DNA of 55,269 nucleotides. Source: Nanobdellota archaeon (GTDB lineage Archaea; Nanobdellota; Nanobdellia; Woesearchaeales; GW2011-AR9). The position numbers and the translations under genes are program-made. Every line of letters begins with the position of its first letter. Position 1 is the first letter of the stretch. The notes under the pieces were generated by a model that was given only the letters and a program-made list of their open reading frames with translations, was not told the DNA's origin and ran no database searches. Below are positions 8,205 through 18,098 of the stretch, piece by piece. The stretch lies in contig JBBSYZ010000015.1 in the NCBI GenBank assembly GCA_038045005.1, positions 1 through 55,269 of the forward strand, given 5' to 3'.

Positions 8205-8458
8205 AAGGACGGATAGCTCCGCACTTTAGTGCGGAGTATCCAGCCCTTTTATGTCACAAAGTGCGGGGATTAGAAAGCCCAAAATAAAGCAACGACTTTA
8301 TTTGGGCACAAACGAAATCGTTGTTTCGTTTTGTGCGTCTCTTTTCAAGCCTCGCTCTTTAGAGCGAGGTGAGACGCTTTCAAGAAATATGAAAACTATC
8401 ATATTTCTGAACTGAAAACAGATCGTTGTCGGTTTTCATGTTCCCGCACTTTCATGAC
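8205..8458. repeat. Nested palindromic region including foldback element copy 2
   Basis: Hairpin GGATAGCTCCGCAC-TTTA-GTGCGGAGTATCC at 8210-8241. Foldback arms at 8251-8268 and 8441-8458. Internal hairpins are CCCAAAATAAAG...CTTTATTTGGG, CAAACGAAA...TTTCGTTTTG and GCGTCTC..CCTCGCTC-TTTA-GAGCGAGG..GAGACGC. Mini-element at 8381-8440. Confidence 0.8.
8381..8440 (+). mobile_element. 60-nt tandem-hairpin mini-element, copy B
   Basis: Identical to 4195-4254 except the last base (G versus T). Flanked by TT on both sides. Confidence 0.7.
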
Positions 8459-8516
8459 TTGCTTCTGACGTACTTTCTTAAGAAAATTATTATAGTTCAT
8501 TTGACTATGCTTGGTT

Positions 8517-8927
8517 ATGAAGCTTACCCAATGCGCCGGCGGCGTGGTGCTGAACAAAAAAGGTTTGATTCTGCTGGTAAGTCAGCGCGGAAATTCATGG
8601 AGTTTTCCCAAAGGGCATATTGACGAGGGGGAAGAACCTTTAACTGCTGCCAGAAGAGAAATACGGGAAGAATCTGGAGTGACTGACCTGAAGCTGATTA
8701 AGGAATTGGGCAGTTATGGGCGGTATAGGGGCGGCTTAGACGGCGGCGATGACCCTTCTGAGTTTAAGACCATACATATGTTTTTATTTTCCACCGATCA
8801 AGAAAAACTTCAGCCTCAGGATCCCTACAATCCTGAAGCGCGCTGGGTTGACAGAAAAAAAGTCGCAGAACTGCTGACCTTCGGAAAAGATAAAGAATTC
8901 TTTAGAAATGTTGCCCGCCAAATATAA
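8517..8927 (+). CDS. NUDIX hydrolase (paralogue of 7737-8171)
   Basis: Nudix box GHIDEGEEPLTAARREIREESGV. The N-terminus CAGGVVLNKKGLILLV parallels CAGGVVLNEEGLVLVV of the upstream paralogue. Confidence 0.85.
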   Translation: MKLTQCAGGVVLNKKGLILLVSQRGNSWSFPKGHIDEGEEPLTAARREIREESGVTDLKLIKELGSYGRYRGGLDGGDDPSEFKTIHMFLFSTDQEKLQPQDPYNPEARWVDRKKVAELLTFGKDKEFFRNVARQI

Positions 8928-8937
8928 TGGTTATCTC

Positions 8938-9540
8938 TCATCTCTTCTTTTTCAGATCTTCTTTTATCGAAGACAATTCTTTAACATTCTCTACAAACGT
9001 CGGAATTACATCCTTAAACACTTTCCCCACCGCTTTCAAGTCTGTTCCAACTGCCTGCATTCTGACATCATAATCTTCTAATTTTCCCAATACGGCTTCG
9101 TGCAGCATCTTAAAGTCTTCTTTTAATTTTTCCACATCATTGACCAATTTAATCTGCTTTTCTTCCATCTTGTTTTTCCATTCGATAATCTTCTTGACTT
9201 CTGCAATCAAATCGTCCCATCGTTCATCGATCATGCTTTCAGTAATCTCTTCAATCCGCTCGTAAATGTTGTTCACATTATCTTGATATGCTTGTGGCGG
9301 CGGCATATCCTGAGAAGAAGGCATCGATTCGGCCATGGACATCACGGGAGCGCCAGGCGCACTATAAGCTGCAGGCTGCCTGGATTGATCAGCCATAGCT
9401 ATCGCTTCGCTTATCTGCTGTTGCGCATAGCCGCGCTGAGAAAGCTCATCAACAACAATATCGTCGCTTAACCCTTGCTGCCGCAGCTGCAACACTTCAG
9501 AAACGGGAGAAGATTTCTTTTTATCAAATAATGCCATCAT
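8938..9540 (-). CDS. Hypothetical coiled-coil protein with small N-terminal helical module
   Basis: 200 aa. N-terminal LRQQGLSDDIVVDELSQRGYAQQQISEAIAMA, a low-complexity P/Q linker and a C-terminal coiled coil. Lies divergent from the FlaI-like ATPase gene. Confidence 0.5.
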   Translation of the reverse strand: MMALFDKKKSSPVSEVLQLRQQGLSDDIVVDELSQRGYAQQQISEAIAMADQSRQPAAYSAPGAPVMSMAESMPSSQDMPPPQAYQDNVNNIYERIEEITESMIDERWDDLIAEVKKIIEWKNKMEEKQIKLVNDVEKLKEDFKMLHEAVLGKLEDYDVRMQAVGTDLKAVGKVFKDVIPTFVENVKELSSIKEDLKKKR

Positions 9541-9573
9541 ATCACCAATATATTAGTAACTCTTTCAGTCTTT

Positions 9574-9981
9574 TTATTCTTTTCGTACCAAAACTTTTTC
9601 TGCGGGTTTGGCGTAAGCCTGTAATTTACCTTCCACCGCTTTTTCTAAATCCCTTTGGGTCACGAAATTAAGCGGATTCCAAAATTCAACATATTTTTTT
9701 AAGGTCATGACTTCTTCAGCGCCGGCAGTCTGTTTGAGCTCTTTGATAATGAGAACCATTTTCTGGTCCGTTTTTTCCTGCTGGTGCCGCGATTCCATCA
9801 AATCCTCGCTCAGCGTCTTGAACTCCTTATTAAGGTCGTTGGCTCTTCTGATGAAATCGTTCTTCAATACATCTACTTCTCGAGTAAGATTATTGATTTT
9901 GCTTTCTAATCCCCTTACCCATACGTACATCTTGGAAGCCCCGAAGTCCGAACCCGGCGAAACTTCCTCTGCTTTAGCCAT
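9574..9981 (-). CDS. Hypothetical coiled-coil protein
   Basis: 135-aa ORF with heptad-rich sequence. No motif recognised. Confidence 0.5.
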   Translation of the reverse strand: MAKAEEVSPGSDFGASKMYVWVRGLESKINNLTREVDVLKNDFIRRANDLNKEFKTLSEDLMESRHQQEKTDQKMVLIIKELKQTAGAEEVMTLKKYVEFWNPLNFVTQRDLEKAVEGKLQAYAKPAEKVLVRKE

Positions 9982-10081
9982 TCCATAGTTTTAGGAAAGA
10001 GAATATAATAAAGTTATGTGAGTATTGGCGAGTGGTACGTAATAATTAGCCCACTAACCTTCCAAACACCCTTATTATCAG

Positions 10082-10140
10082 TTATAGTCCATAAAAAATC
10101 CCCCTTTGCAGAGCGGCGAGGTATTTTTTATGGACTATAA
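10082..10140. repeat. 18-bp perfect inverted repeat (small palindromic element)
   Basis: TTATAGTCCATAAAAAAT at 10082-10099 pairs with ATTTTTTATGGACTATAA at 10123-10140 around a 23-nt GC-rich loop. The termini are TA-TAG like other small elements here. Confidence 0.7.
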
Positions 10141-10224
10141 TTGCCGGACTTGATGCCGCTGCGCAGTCATCAGCCGCCTATAGAAAATATAATAAACTCC
10201 TTTCTTATTTAACTTTTGAAATAG

Positions 10225-12525
10225 ATGATCCCTGAAAAAGCCAAAGCCTGTTTTGACTACGATACTTTCCACGAAGGAGAAAACAAAATCCTTAAAATAT
10301 ACTGCGAAAGCTGCACTTTTCCCCCGTCCATAGAATACGGGGATATATGCATGTCGAAAGTGGTCGATACTTTAATGCAGGCGACAGGCATTACCGTCAT
10401 CATCCTGTCCCAGCATAGGGAGTACGAATATGACTATGATCAGACTTCTCTTCTCAATGAACTGGCTGCTGCGTACAAACGATTGACACAGGAAGAACGG
10501 TTTACCTACTCCAGTATTATCACCGATCCCTTGCATGAGCGATATGTCCGCGGCGGTTACACGCAGTTTCAGCGGCTGATCTCCAAACGGCTGAAGGAAG
10601 ATCCTTTAGCGGCATTTATTGAATTGAAACGGCTGGAAACCAGGGAAAAAATAAAACTTGATTCTTTAATCGATGCTCGGCACACCGCCAGCCAGAAAAG
10701 GTTCATTGCTCTGATGCAGGAAGCGATTAAAACTATTGAAAATCTGAAAATAATAAAATTGCTGATGCCCCATACCAAAGAGTATAAAGTGGGGGAAAGG
10801 CAGATATACAATATTATTTTTCATCCCTCCACCAAGCCTGATTTCATGTTCACCAAGCTGATCGCGGAATTTCCGCAGGGAAATCTGGAAGACAGCTATA
10901 ATTTTTCCGTAGATAACGATGAATGTGAAGTCAATATTTTTTCCTTTGATGACAATGTCAAGACTTTATACCATCTGACTCCGCCGGAATTTCTGTTCAC
11001 TGAAGAAGAGCTTCAATTATTGGATGATGCCAAACGTATCATGTCCGAACATAAACCTGCTCGGGAGGAATTTGTTGATCCGCAGCGGATGAGGGAAGTA
11101 TTCCTTAACATCGGCAAAGATCTGATTACTGACTTAGCCCAGTACCGCAACCTGAGGCTGAAGGAAGAAAAACTGTACCAGCTTTCCCAGACGTTGCTGC
11201 GTCATACGGTTGGTTTCGGATTGATCGAACTGCTTCTTTCAGACCCTAAAGTGCAGGACGTAAATATCAATTCTCCGAATGGCGAGCTGCCCATATTTAT
11301 TGTTCATCAGGATTATGGCGATTGTTATACTAATGTTTACCCCACCGTTTTAGAAGTGGAAAGCTGGGCTACTAAATTAAGATTAATTTCCGGACGTCCA
11401 CTAGATGAAGCCAACCCTATTTTAGACACGGAGTTGAAAGTTACTGGCTTTACGTCCAGAGTTTCTGCACTCACTGCCCCGTTAAGCCCCACCGGATTGA
11501 CTTTTTCTTTCCGCAGGCACCGCGATTTTCCGTGGACGTTTCCTTTATACATCCAGCCTAAAAACAGATTCATGGATTCGGCTAGTGCGGGGCTGCTAAG
11601 TTTTCTTATCGACAACAACGCAACTATATTGGTGGCAGGAACCAGAAGTTCAGGGAAGACATCTTTGCTGGGTTCTTTCCTGACCGAAATAATGCGCAAG
11701 GCCAGGATTCTGACTCTCGAAGACACTTTTGAACTGCCGGCAGAATTCATGCGCAAATTAGGTTATAACATCGAATCGTTGAAAGTGGCTTCCGCCTTAT
11801 CCGCGCCCGGTTCAGAAGTTGATCCATCTATCGGGATTAGGTCGACTCTGCGGTTGGGCGATTCTGCGATCTTCGTCGGCGAAGTCCGTTCTAAAGAAGC
11901 TATCGCCTTGTTTGAAGCCATGCGCGTCGGCGCAGCAGCCAACGTCGTAGCGGGAACGATCCATGCTGACTCGCCGTACGGAGTTTTCGACAGGGTAGTG
12001 AACGATATCGGAGTCCCTAAAACTTCTTTCAAAGCCATCGACATCATTGTGGTAGCCAATCCGGTAATCTCAGGATTGAAAAAATATAAACGGGTATTGC
12101 GGATTACGGAAGTGCGTAAAGAGTGGAATGACGACCCCCTGCGCGAAAATGGTTTTGTCGACCTGATGGTATATAATCCGGTAACTGATAAATTAGAAAT
12201 CACCGATGAGCTGCGCAATGGAAATTCAGACATCTTGAAAAGGATGGCAGGTCGGATGAAAGAATTTGCCGGCGATTGGGACGCGGTGTGGAACAACATC
12301 CAATTACGTGCTAACTGCAAGCAGGCTATCGTGGATATGTTTGTCGAGAGCGGAGATGGATCCCTGCTGGAAGCGGAATTCGTAGTGAAATCTAATGATC
12401 TCTTTCATCTGATCTCCGACAAAGTAAAAGAGAAGACGGGAAAGATGGACAGCGATAAAATATATTTTGAGTTTAAGGAATGGTTAAGGAAAGAAGTTAA
12501 AAAGAAAAAGATGGAAGAGATATAA
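10225..12525 (+). CDS. Type II/IV secretion-family ATPase, archaeal FlaI/PilB-like, with long N-terminal extension
   Basis: 766 aa. Walker A is VAGTRSSGKTS. The core ILTLEDTFEL ... GDSAIFVGEVRSKEA ... GTIHADSP is typical of the GspE/VirB11/FlaI family. Confidence 0.8.
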   Translation: MIPEKAKACFDYDTFHEGENKILKIYCESCTFPPSIEYGDICMSKVVDTLMQATGITVIILSQHREYEYDYDQTSLLNELAAAYKRLTQEERFTYSSIITDPLHERYVRGGYTQFQRLISKRLKEDPLAAFIELKRLETREKIKLDSLIDARHTASQKRFIALMQEAIKTIENLKIIKLLMPHTKEYKVGERQIYNIIFHPSTKPDFMFTKLIAEFPQGNLEDSYNFSVDNDECEVNIFSFDDNVKTLYHLTPPEFLFTEEELQLLDDAKRIMSEHKPAREEFVDPQRMREVFLNIGKDLITDLAQYRNLRLKEEKLYQLSQTLLRHTVGFGLIELLLSDPKVQDVNINSPNGELPIFIVHQDYGDCYTNVYPTVLEVESWATKLRLISGRPLDEANPILDTELKVTGFTSRVSALTAPLSPTGLTFSFRRHRDFPWTFPLYIQPKNRFMDSASAGLLSFLIDNNATILVAGTRSSGKTSLLGSFLTEIMRKARILTLEDTFELPAEFMRKLGYNIESLKVASALSAPGSEVDPSIGIRSTLRLGDSAIFVGEVRSKEAIALFEAMRVGAAANVVAGTIHADSPYGVFDRVVNDIGVPKTSFKAIDIIVVANPVISGLKKYKRVLRITEVRKEWNDDPLRENGFVDLMVYNPVTDKLEITDELRNGNSDILKRMAGRMKEFAGDWDAVWNNIQLRANCKQAIVDMFVESGDGSLLEAEFVVKSNDLFHLISDKVKEKTGKMDSDKIYFEFKEWLRKEVKKKKMEEI

Positions 12526-12526
12526 A

Positions 12527-12982
12527 ATGAATTTCCAGTTATATTATACACCCTATTCTTCAAATCGCCTGGATACTTCCCAGCCCTGCAGGCAGGGCAT
12601 TGCGGATATTCTGCTCAATCATGGTAATGCTCCCCCTACCAATTTTCCCATCAGCCGGACGGTAACCATTCCGGACCAGAAATCTGAAATGGGATGGAGG
12701 GTTACCGCTTGCCAGGTCCTGGTTCCGGTTTACGGGCGGAAAATTATTGTAGATTTACTGGAAAAAGACCGGATGTACGAATTCAGGGAGATGCTGATCA
12801 GCCGGTATGGGGCAGAGAGGCTAGGTTATGTATCTCAACCGATAACTTTTGATGAGTTTGAATCATTAAATTTATCTTCCGAAAGAGCTGACCCGCATAG
12901 TTGGTATCATTTTACGGGGACGTCTCAAGAATTGCTGGAAGAGCTTAAGAAAAGAACCCCCCTTAATTTTTTATTCAGGTGA
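12527..12982 (+). CDS. Hypothetical protein (tightly follows the ATPase gene)
   Basis: 151-aa ORF starting 2 nt after the ATPase stop. No motif recognised. Confidence 0.45.
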   Translation: MNFQLYYTPYSSNRLDTSQPCRQGIADILLNHGNAPPTNFPISRTVTIPDQKSEMGWRVTACQVLVPVYGRKIIVDLLEKDRMYEFREMLISRYGAERLGYVSQPITFDEFESLNLSSERADPHSWYHFTGTSQELLEELKKRTPLNFLFR

Positions 12983-13004
12983 CACATGGTACTCAGATAA
13001 GAAG

Positions 13005-14027
13005 ATGAAATACCGCATAGTTACGCACGGAAATTGCACCGACGGTTACTCTAGCGCCTTCGTCATGAAAAGATTTTTCAATAATTTTTTTGGGACAGCG
13101 CTCAGCAAAAAACAAATTCAGGATATTCCAGTTTTAGGCATCCAGCCGCACGTCATCCAACAGAAAAAATTTATCTTGACCAAAAAGGACATAGTCGTGG
13201 ATCTGCCATGTCCGCAGCAGCCGGTTTTATTCTGGTGCGACCATCATCTTACTTCTGAGCCAACGGGAGAACTTCCTGAGAATTATCATTGGAAAATCAC
13301 TCCCAGCTGCGCCGGATACCTGGTCGATTTGGCTTTAGAAAAAGGAGCTTCTTCAAACAGGGAGCTTCTTGATTTTAAGAGAGTTATCGATATCATGGAC
13401 AGCGCTGAATATACCAGAAAAGAGCTGAAGGCCTGTTTTTACAAACAAAACAATTACCGTCATCTATCTCCCCTGCAAAAAATGCACATGATCGGCGCAA
13501 TGTTCAATACTCGTGACGGAATTCTTAACGATGAAATTTTTAAAACGCTGCTGGCCAGCGAGATGGCAGAGACGCCGCTTTCCAGCAAAGCTTTATGGCA
13601 ATTAAATCCTTTGATGTACCATAAAGCGCAATTAGAAGGTTTTGAGTGGTGGCGCGATAACGTCGATACTTATCTGCGCTACAACCGGGAATCAAGATGC
13701 GTTATCCAGGATGATCGGAAAGCGAAGATGAACATCGGCAATTTTGACCGCTTTTATTTCTGCACGAAATATCCGCAGACCAGCTATAATCTTTCGATAC
13801 GCATCACGCCCGATAAAAAAGCGCGTTTAGGGCTGGGTTCTAATATCTTCAACAAAGAACGGTGCTTGGTAGACATCGGCAGCTTATGCGAAGAATTGGG
13901 GAAAAGATTCGGCGGTTCCGGGGGAGGGCATTATTATGTGGGCGGCGCGGTCATCGGAGTGGAGAAATGCGACGAAGCGATAGAGTTCATACTCGAGAAG
14001 TTTAAGGAACAAAAATTAGAAAGCTGA
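13005..14027 (+). CDS. DHH/DHHA1-family phosphoesterase (NrnA/RecJ-like)
   Basis: N-terminal HGNCTDGYSSA, a DHH motif in WCDHHLTS, and the C-terminal DHHA1 motif GGSGGGHYYVGGA. Confidence 0.6.
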   Translation: MKYRIVTHGNCTDGYSSAFVMKRFFNNFFGTALSKKQIQDIPVLGIQPHVIQQKKFILTKKDIVVDLPCPQQPVLFWCDHHLTSEPTGELPENYHWKITPSCAGYLVDLALEKGASSNRELLDFKRVIDIMDSAEYTRKELKACFYKQNNYRHLSPLQKMHMIGAMFNTRDGILNDEIFKTLLASEMAETPLSSKALWQLNPLMYHKAQLEGFEWWRDNVDTYLRYNRESRCVIQDDRKAKMNIGNFDRFYFCTKYPQTSYNLSIRITPDKKARLGLGSNIFNKERCLVDIGSLCEELGKRFGGSGGGHYYVGGAVIGVEKCDEAIEFILEKFKEQKLES

Positions 14028-14102
14028 GATGGAAAGCTAAGATTTAATGCTTATCGGCCGCTAAGTTTTATTTGACCTATTTTTTCTTTCCACACTTCAA
14101 AG

Positions 14103-14465
14103 CTACTTATAACACACTTCGCAGCCGCTAAGATTGCCTTCGATCTGGGCGTGAAGCAGGCACAACGTCTTGGAATGCTTGATGTACTCGCTGATTTTTT
14201 GGATCTGATGGAACGCGCTCTGGCTGTCTTTTATTTTTTCCGCGGCGTCTTTGATCAATTTTTTAGTCGCATCATCAAGCTTGATCTTTTGCGCCCTTTT
14301 CTCTTTTGCGTATTGTGAGACCGCCGGTTCCGTCACATTTAATAATTTCGCGATCTCTTTCTGCGAATGTCCTTTCTCTTTGAGCGCAATGACCAGCTCG
14401 CTCCTGATGGCCGGAAGGATGTACCACACCTCGATTTCCTGAGGATGTTTTAAAGGCGTTTTCAT
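14103..14465 (-). CDS. HTH transcriptional regulator with C-terminal Cys pair
   Basis: 120 aa. HTH is GHSQKEIAKLLNVTEPAVSQY. C-terminus is CLLHAQ...GCEVC. Confidence 0.55.
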   Translation of the reverse strand: MKTPLKHPQEIEVWYILPAIRSELVIALKEKGHSQKEIAKLLNVTEPAVSQYAKEKRAQKIKLDDATKKLIKDAAEKIKDSQSAFHQIQKISEYIKHSKTLCLLHAQIEGNLSGCEVCYK

Positions 14466-14592
14466 GAATATCCATAAAATAATCGGAAGTTAAAAATCTA
14501 TTGGGGAAAAATAGCCATAAAAAACATGAAAATCAGCTAAAACAAATGTCCTGAAAAATTCAAAAACAAAATAAAAAACAAAAAATTAAAAT

Positions 14593-15735
14593 TTAATTCA
14601 GCAATTCAGCATCCACTAATCCATAGCCAAACAAGCTGTCTTTTCCTGCAGTGCCCAGATCGTCAGCAGTATTCTGCAAAAGGCTTCTTATCTCTACATT
14701 ACTTAATAAGGGATTAGCCTGGATGGCCAACGCAGCAACTCCAGAAACGTGCGGTGCAGCCATGCTGGTTCCGCTTAAGGTTGCATAACTGCCATCCTTG
14801 TATGCGGAAAGGATGCTTACACCTGGCGCGGCTAATTCTACTTTTGGTCCGATATTGCTGAAAGATGCAAGGTTATCACTGCTGTCGGTCGCTGATACTG
14901 CGATGACAGAGTCATATGCAGCAGGGTAAGAGACAGCCCCGCCGTAATCATTTCCTGCAGCAGCGACCAATAATAAGCCACTGGTGTAAGCCGCATCAAC
15001 AGCATCATGCAATGCCTGCACATCTGAGTTTGAACCAAGACTCATAGACACTACGTCCGCTCCGCTTTGCACGCAGTAGTCAATTCCGGCGATGACATCG
15101 CTCAGGTATCCGGAGCCTTGCCGGTTGAGGACTTTTGCTGCCAACAATGAAGCTTGCGGAGCAACTCCAATTACTCCAACTGAATTGTCAAGTGCAGCAA
15201 CAGTTCCTGCTACGTGCGTTCCATGGCCGTTGTCGTCATCCCATTTGCTGGGATCTACAGTTAATCCTTTAGCGACAAAATTTTTACCGCCGACAATGTT
15301 TGCCTGCAGGTCAGGATGATCTTTATCGATTCCCGTATCTACAACGCAGACCACTACGCCCGCGCCGGTGCCGTTAGCAAGATCCGCGTCAATTCTATTT
15401 ACGCCCCATGGCAGCTGCTGGGCTGGCTGCGAAGGAGCAGGCTTGCCTTTTCCGGATGCTTGAACTTCAGCATCATATTCTACGCCTACAACATTTGGAT
15501 TTTTTAATAAACCATTTAATGCATTTACGGGAACTTCTACTGCCAATACGTTGCTTAAAAGAGTATAGCTGTGCAGCACTCTTCCGCCGGCAAGATGCAC
15601 TGCGCCTACATCGGGCTGTCCCTTAAACTCTAAAAATATTCGTACTTTCTCCGGCTGATTTCCAGCAGCTGATGCTAATGCTGAAAACAACAGCAGAGAA
15701 ATTGTAAACAAAACCATTATATTTTTCATGTTCAA
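14593..15735 (-). CDS. Secreted subtilisin-like serine protease (S8) with propeptide
   Basis: Signal peptide present. Catalytic triad motifs are VCVVDTGID, HGTHVAGT and SGTSMAAPHVSG. Confidence 0.9.
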   Translation of the reverse strand: MNMKNIMVLFTISLLLFSALASAAGNQPEKVRIFLEFKGQPDVGAVHLAGGRVLHSYTLLSNVLAVEVPVNALNGLLKNPNVVGVEYDAEVQASGKGKPAPSQPAQQLPWGVNRIDADLANGTGAGVVVCVVDTGIDKDHPDLQANIVGGKNFVAKGLTVDPSKWDDDNGHGTHVAGTVAALDNSVGVIGVAPQASLLAAKVLNRQGSGYLSDVIAGIDYCVQSGADVVSMSLGSNSDVQALHDAVDAAYTSGLLLVAAAGNDYGGAVSYPAAYDSVIAVSATDSSDNLASFSNIGPKVELAAPGVSILSAYKDGSYATLSGTSMAAPHVSGVAALAIQANPLLSNVEIRSLLQNTADDLGTAGKDSLFGYGLVDAELLN

Positions 15736-15902
15736 ACCTCCAATTTGATATTATTGTTTTTGTTCTTTTTCTTCTTATTACTATTATTATAATCCTGCCA
15801 TTATAATCCTATCCATCAATTCTTTTAAATATTTTGCGTTATACTGGTCGTTTCGGCTGAAGCCGAAAGGCCACCTAACCAAACAGGTTTTCTTGGACTT
15901 AT

Positions 15903-17036
15903 CTATATTTTCCGCAAGGATTTAATCGTTTCCTGCAGTATTTTAATGGTCATTTCAATTTCTTTTTCAGTAGTTTCTTTTCCGAATGTAAATCTAATGC
16001 TTCCCCCGGCTAATTTCTCCGGAACTTTCATAGCTTTCAAAACGTGGCTTATTTTAATCTCATTTGCAGTGCAGGCGCTTCCTGCAGAGGCATAAATTCC
16101 TTGTCCATTGAGATGCGCCAATGCCGTTCCAGCATCTACGCCTTCAAAAGAAATATGCGCATTGTTTGGCAATCGTTCTGAAGGGTGGCCGTTAAGAAAA
16201 GTTCCATTGATTTTTTTCTGCACTTCTGCGATGAAATAATCCCTCAGTCTCTGCAATCGCACATTTTCTTTTACTTTTTCTGGTCCTGCCAATTCCAATG
16301 CTCTGGCAAAACCGGCGATAGCCGAAACATTTTCCGTTCCTGAACGCAATCCAAACTCTTGTCCGCCTCCGTGAATCAGCGGTCGAATGTCTACTCCTTC
16401 TCTTACATAAAGCAGTCCGGTCCCTTTAGGCCCGTATATCTTATTGCTGTTCAAGGTCAATAGATCGACATCCAGCTTCCGAACGTCTAAATCTAAGTAA
16501 CCTGCCTGGCAGGCATCGGTGTGGAACAAAACTTTATTTTTTCCGGCGATGACTGCGATTTCTTCCACGGGCTGGATGGTCCCCATTTCATTGTTGGCAT
16601 ACATGATGGAAATTAAAATCGTTTTTTTGGTAATCGCTTTCTCTACATCTTTTGGATTTATTCTTCCGTAACCATCGACATCAAGATACGTCACGGAAAA
16701 TCCCTCTTTTTCTAAATAGTTGCAGGTTTCTAAAACTGCTTTATGCTCAATTTTGCTGGTGATTATATGATTTCCGTTTTCCCGGTAAGCAGAAGCAACC
16801 CCCTTGATAGCCAGATTAACGCTTTCGGTTCCGCTGGAAGTAAAAATAACTTTATCGTCATCTCGTGCCTTGATAGTTTTTCTGATTTTCTCCCGGGAAA
16901 TTTCCAATGATTCCTTTGCTTTATTTCCTTCGTCATGCCTGCTGCCGGGATTAGCGAAACAGTTCTCTGCTTCTTCCATTGCCTTTTTAACTTCTTTCCG
17001 CACCGGCGTTGCAGCCGCGTAATCTAAGTAAATCAT
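15903..17036 (-). CDS. Cysteine desulfurase, NifS/IscS-like (class V aminotransferase)
   Basis: PLP-lysine region LTLNSNKIYGPKG and active-site Cys loop ASAGSACTA. Confidence 0.85.
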   Translation of the reverse strand: MIYLDYAAATPVRKEVKKAMEEAENCFANPGSRHDEGNKAKESLEISREKIRKTIKARDDDKVIFTSSGTESVNLAIKGVASAYRENGNHIITSKIEHKAVLETCNYLEKEGFSVTYLDVDGYGRINPKDVEKAITKKTILISIMYANNEMGTIQPVEEIAVIAGKNKVLFHTDACQAGYLDLDVRKLDVDLLTLNSNKIYGPKGTGLLYVREGVDIRPLIHGGGQEFGLRSGTENVSAIAGFARALELAGPEKVKENVRLQRLRDYFIAEVQKKINGTFLNGHPSERLPNNAHISFEGVDAGTALAHLNGQGIYASAGSACTANEIKISHVLKAMKVPEKLAGGSIRFTFGKETTEKEIEMTIKILQETIKSLRKI

Positions 17037-17046
17037 TTTTCTTCTC

Positions 17047-17337
17047 TTATACCCCCAGCATCTCCCGCAGTTCGTCTGATGGTTTCCAAGGTGGCGTGAA
17101 AGTAATCTCGATATCTATGGTCTCTGCCTGCTGGTCAAGTATCAGTTTTTTCAAATCATCCACCATCTGCGGGCCGAACGGGCACAGCGGCGAAGTGAAA
17201 GTCAGCACTATTTTCACGTGCCTGCCGTCTACTTTTACTTCGTATATCAGTCCCAGCGTCCAGACATCTATGTCCAGCTCCGGGTCTTTGTATTTCTTGA
17301 AGACGTTTTCGATCAATAGTTCTTTAGTCAGTTCCAT
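17047..17337 (-). CDS. DUF59/MIP18 (SufT-like) Fe-S assembly protein
   Basis: 96 aa. Motif DPELDIDVWTLGLIYEV ... LTFTSPLCPFGP. Confidence 0.75.
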   Translation of the reverse strand: MELTKELLIENVFKKYKDPELDIDVWTLGLIYEVKVDGRHVKIVLTFTSPLCPFGPQMVDDLKKLILDQQAETIDIEITFTPPWKPSDELREMLGV

Positions 17338-17339
17338 CT

Positions 17340-18098
17340 TTAGTTATCTCCTGTTTTCAACTCATTAAATCCCTGCTTTTCAATCTGCTGCGCCAGTTCA
17401 TAACCGCCGGTTTTTACAATTTTCCCGTCATGCAGGATACTTACCGCATCAGGCTTAAGATGCTGCAAAAATCTGTTATAATGCGTGATGACAATGATGC
17501 TGGCATCAGATTCTCTGCGGATTTTTTCGATGCCATCTGCAACCGTTTTTATGGCGTCTATGTCCAGGCCGGAATCTGTTTCGTCCATCATGGCGTACTT
17601 CGGCCCTAACATCAGCATCTGCAGCATTTCCATGCGTTTCTTCTCTCCTCCGGAAAATCCTTGATTCAGATAGCGCTTGCAGAAAGAAACATCGATGTTC
17701 AATTGCGCCATCCTCTCTTTCAGCAATCTATGGAAATCAACTACTGAATACGGCGCCAGCCCCTTTTTCTCCCGCAGGCTGTTCGCCGCGGTTCGCAGAA
17801 AGCTGCTGACGGTAACGCCGGAAATTTCAGCAGGATACTGAAATGACAAAAACAGCCCCTTCTGCGCCCGCACTTCCGGTTTTGCATAAGTGACCTCTTC
17901 GTTATCCAACAGTATTTTTCCAGCCGTAATCTTATATTTTGGATGCCCCATTATGGCATTAGCCAAAGTTGATTTTCCGGCGCCGTTCGGCCCCATCAGG
18001 GCATGAACTTTTCCCGGATAAAACGTGATGGTTATCCCTTTAATGATCTCTTTCCCTTCGGTTTCTACATGTAAACCTATGATTTCTAATTTATTCAT
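17340..18098 (-). CDS. sufC: Fe-S cluster assembly ATPase SufC
   Basis: Walker A GPNGAGKST, ABC signature FSGGEKKR and Walker B AMMDETDSGLD. Start MNKLEIIGL at 18098 overlaps the upstream stop by 8 nt. Confidence 0.92.
   Translation of the reverse strand: MNKLEIIGLHVETEGKEIIKGITITFYPGKVHALMGPNGAGKSTLANAIMGHPKYKITAGKILLDNEEVTYAKPEVRAQKGLFLSFQYPAEISGVTVSSFLRTAANSLREKKGLAPYSVVDFHRLLKERMAQLNIDVSFCKRYLNQGFSGGEKKRMEMLQMLMLGPKYAMMDETDSGLDIDAIKTVADGIEKIRRESDASIIVITHYNRFLQHLKPDAVSILHDGKIVKTGGYELAQQIEKQGFNELKTGDN

Noticed and set aside
4113-8458. CRISPR array interpretation of the repeated palindromes.
   Set aside because: The repeats are not regularly spaced direct repeats with unique spacers. They are nested inverted repeats scattered in separate spacers, and there are no cas genes in the window.
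8426-8623. 65-aa ORF overlapping the repeat and the start of the second NUDIX gene.
   Set aside because: It starts inside the foldback element and is out of frame with the motif-bearing NUDIX ORF.
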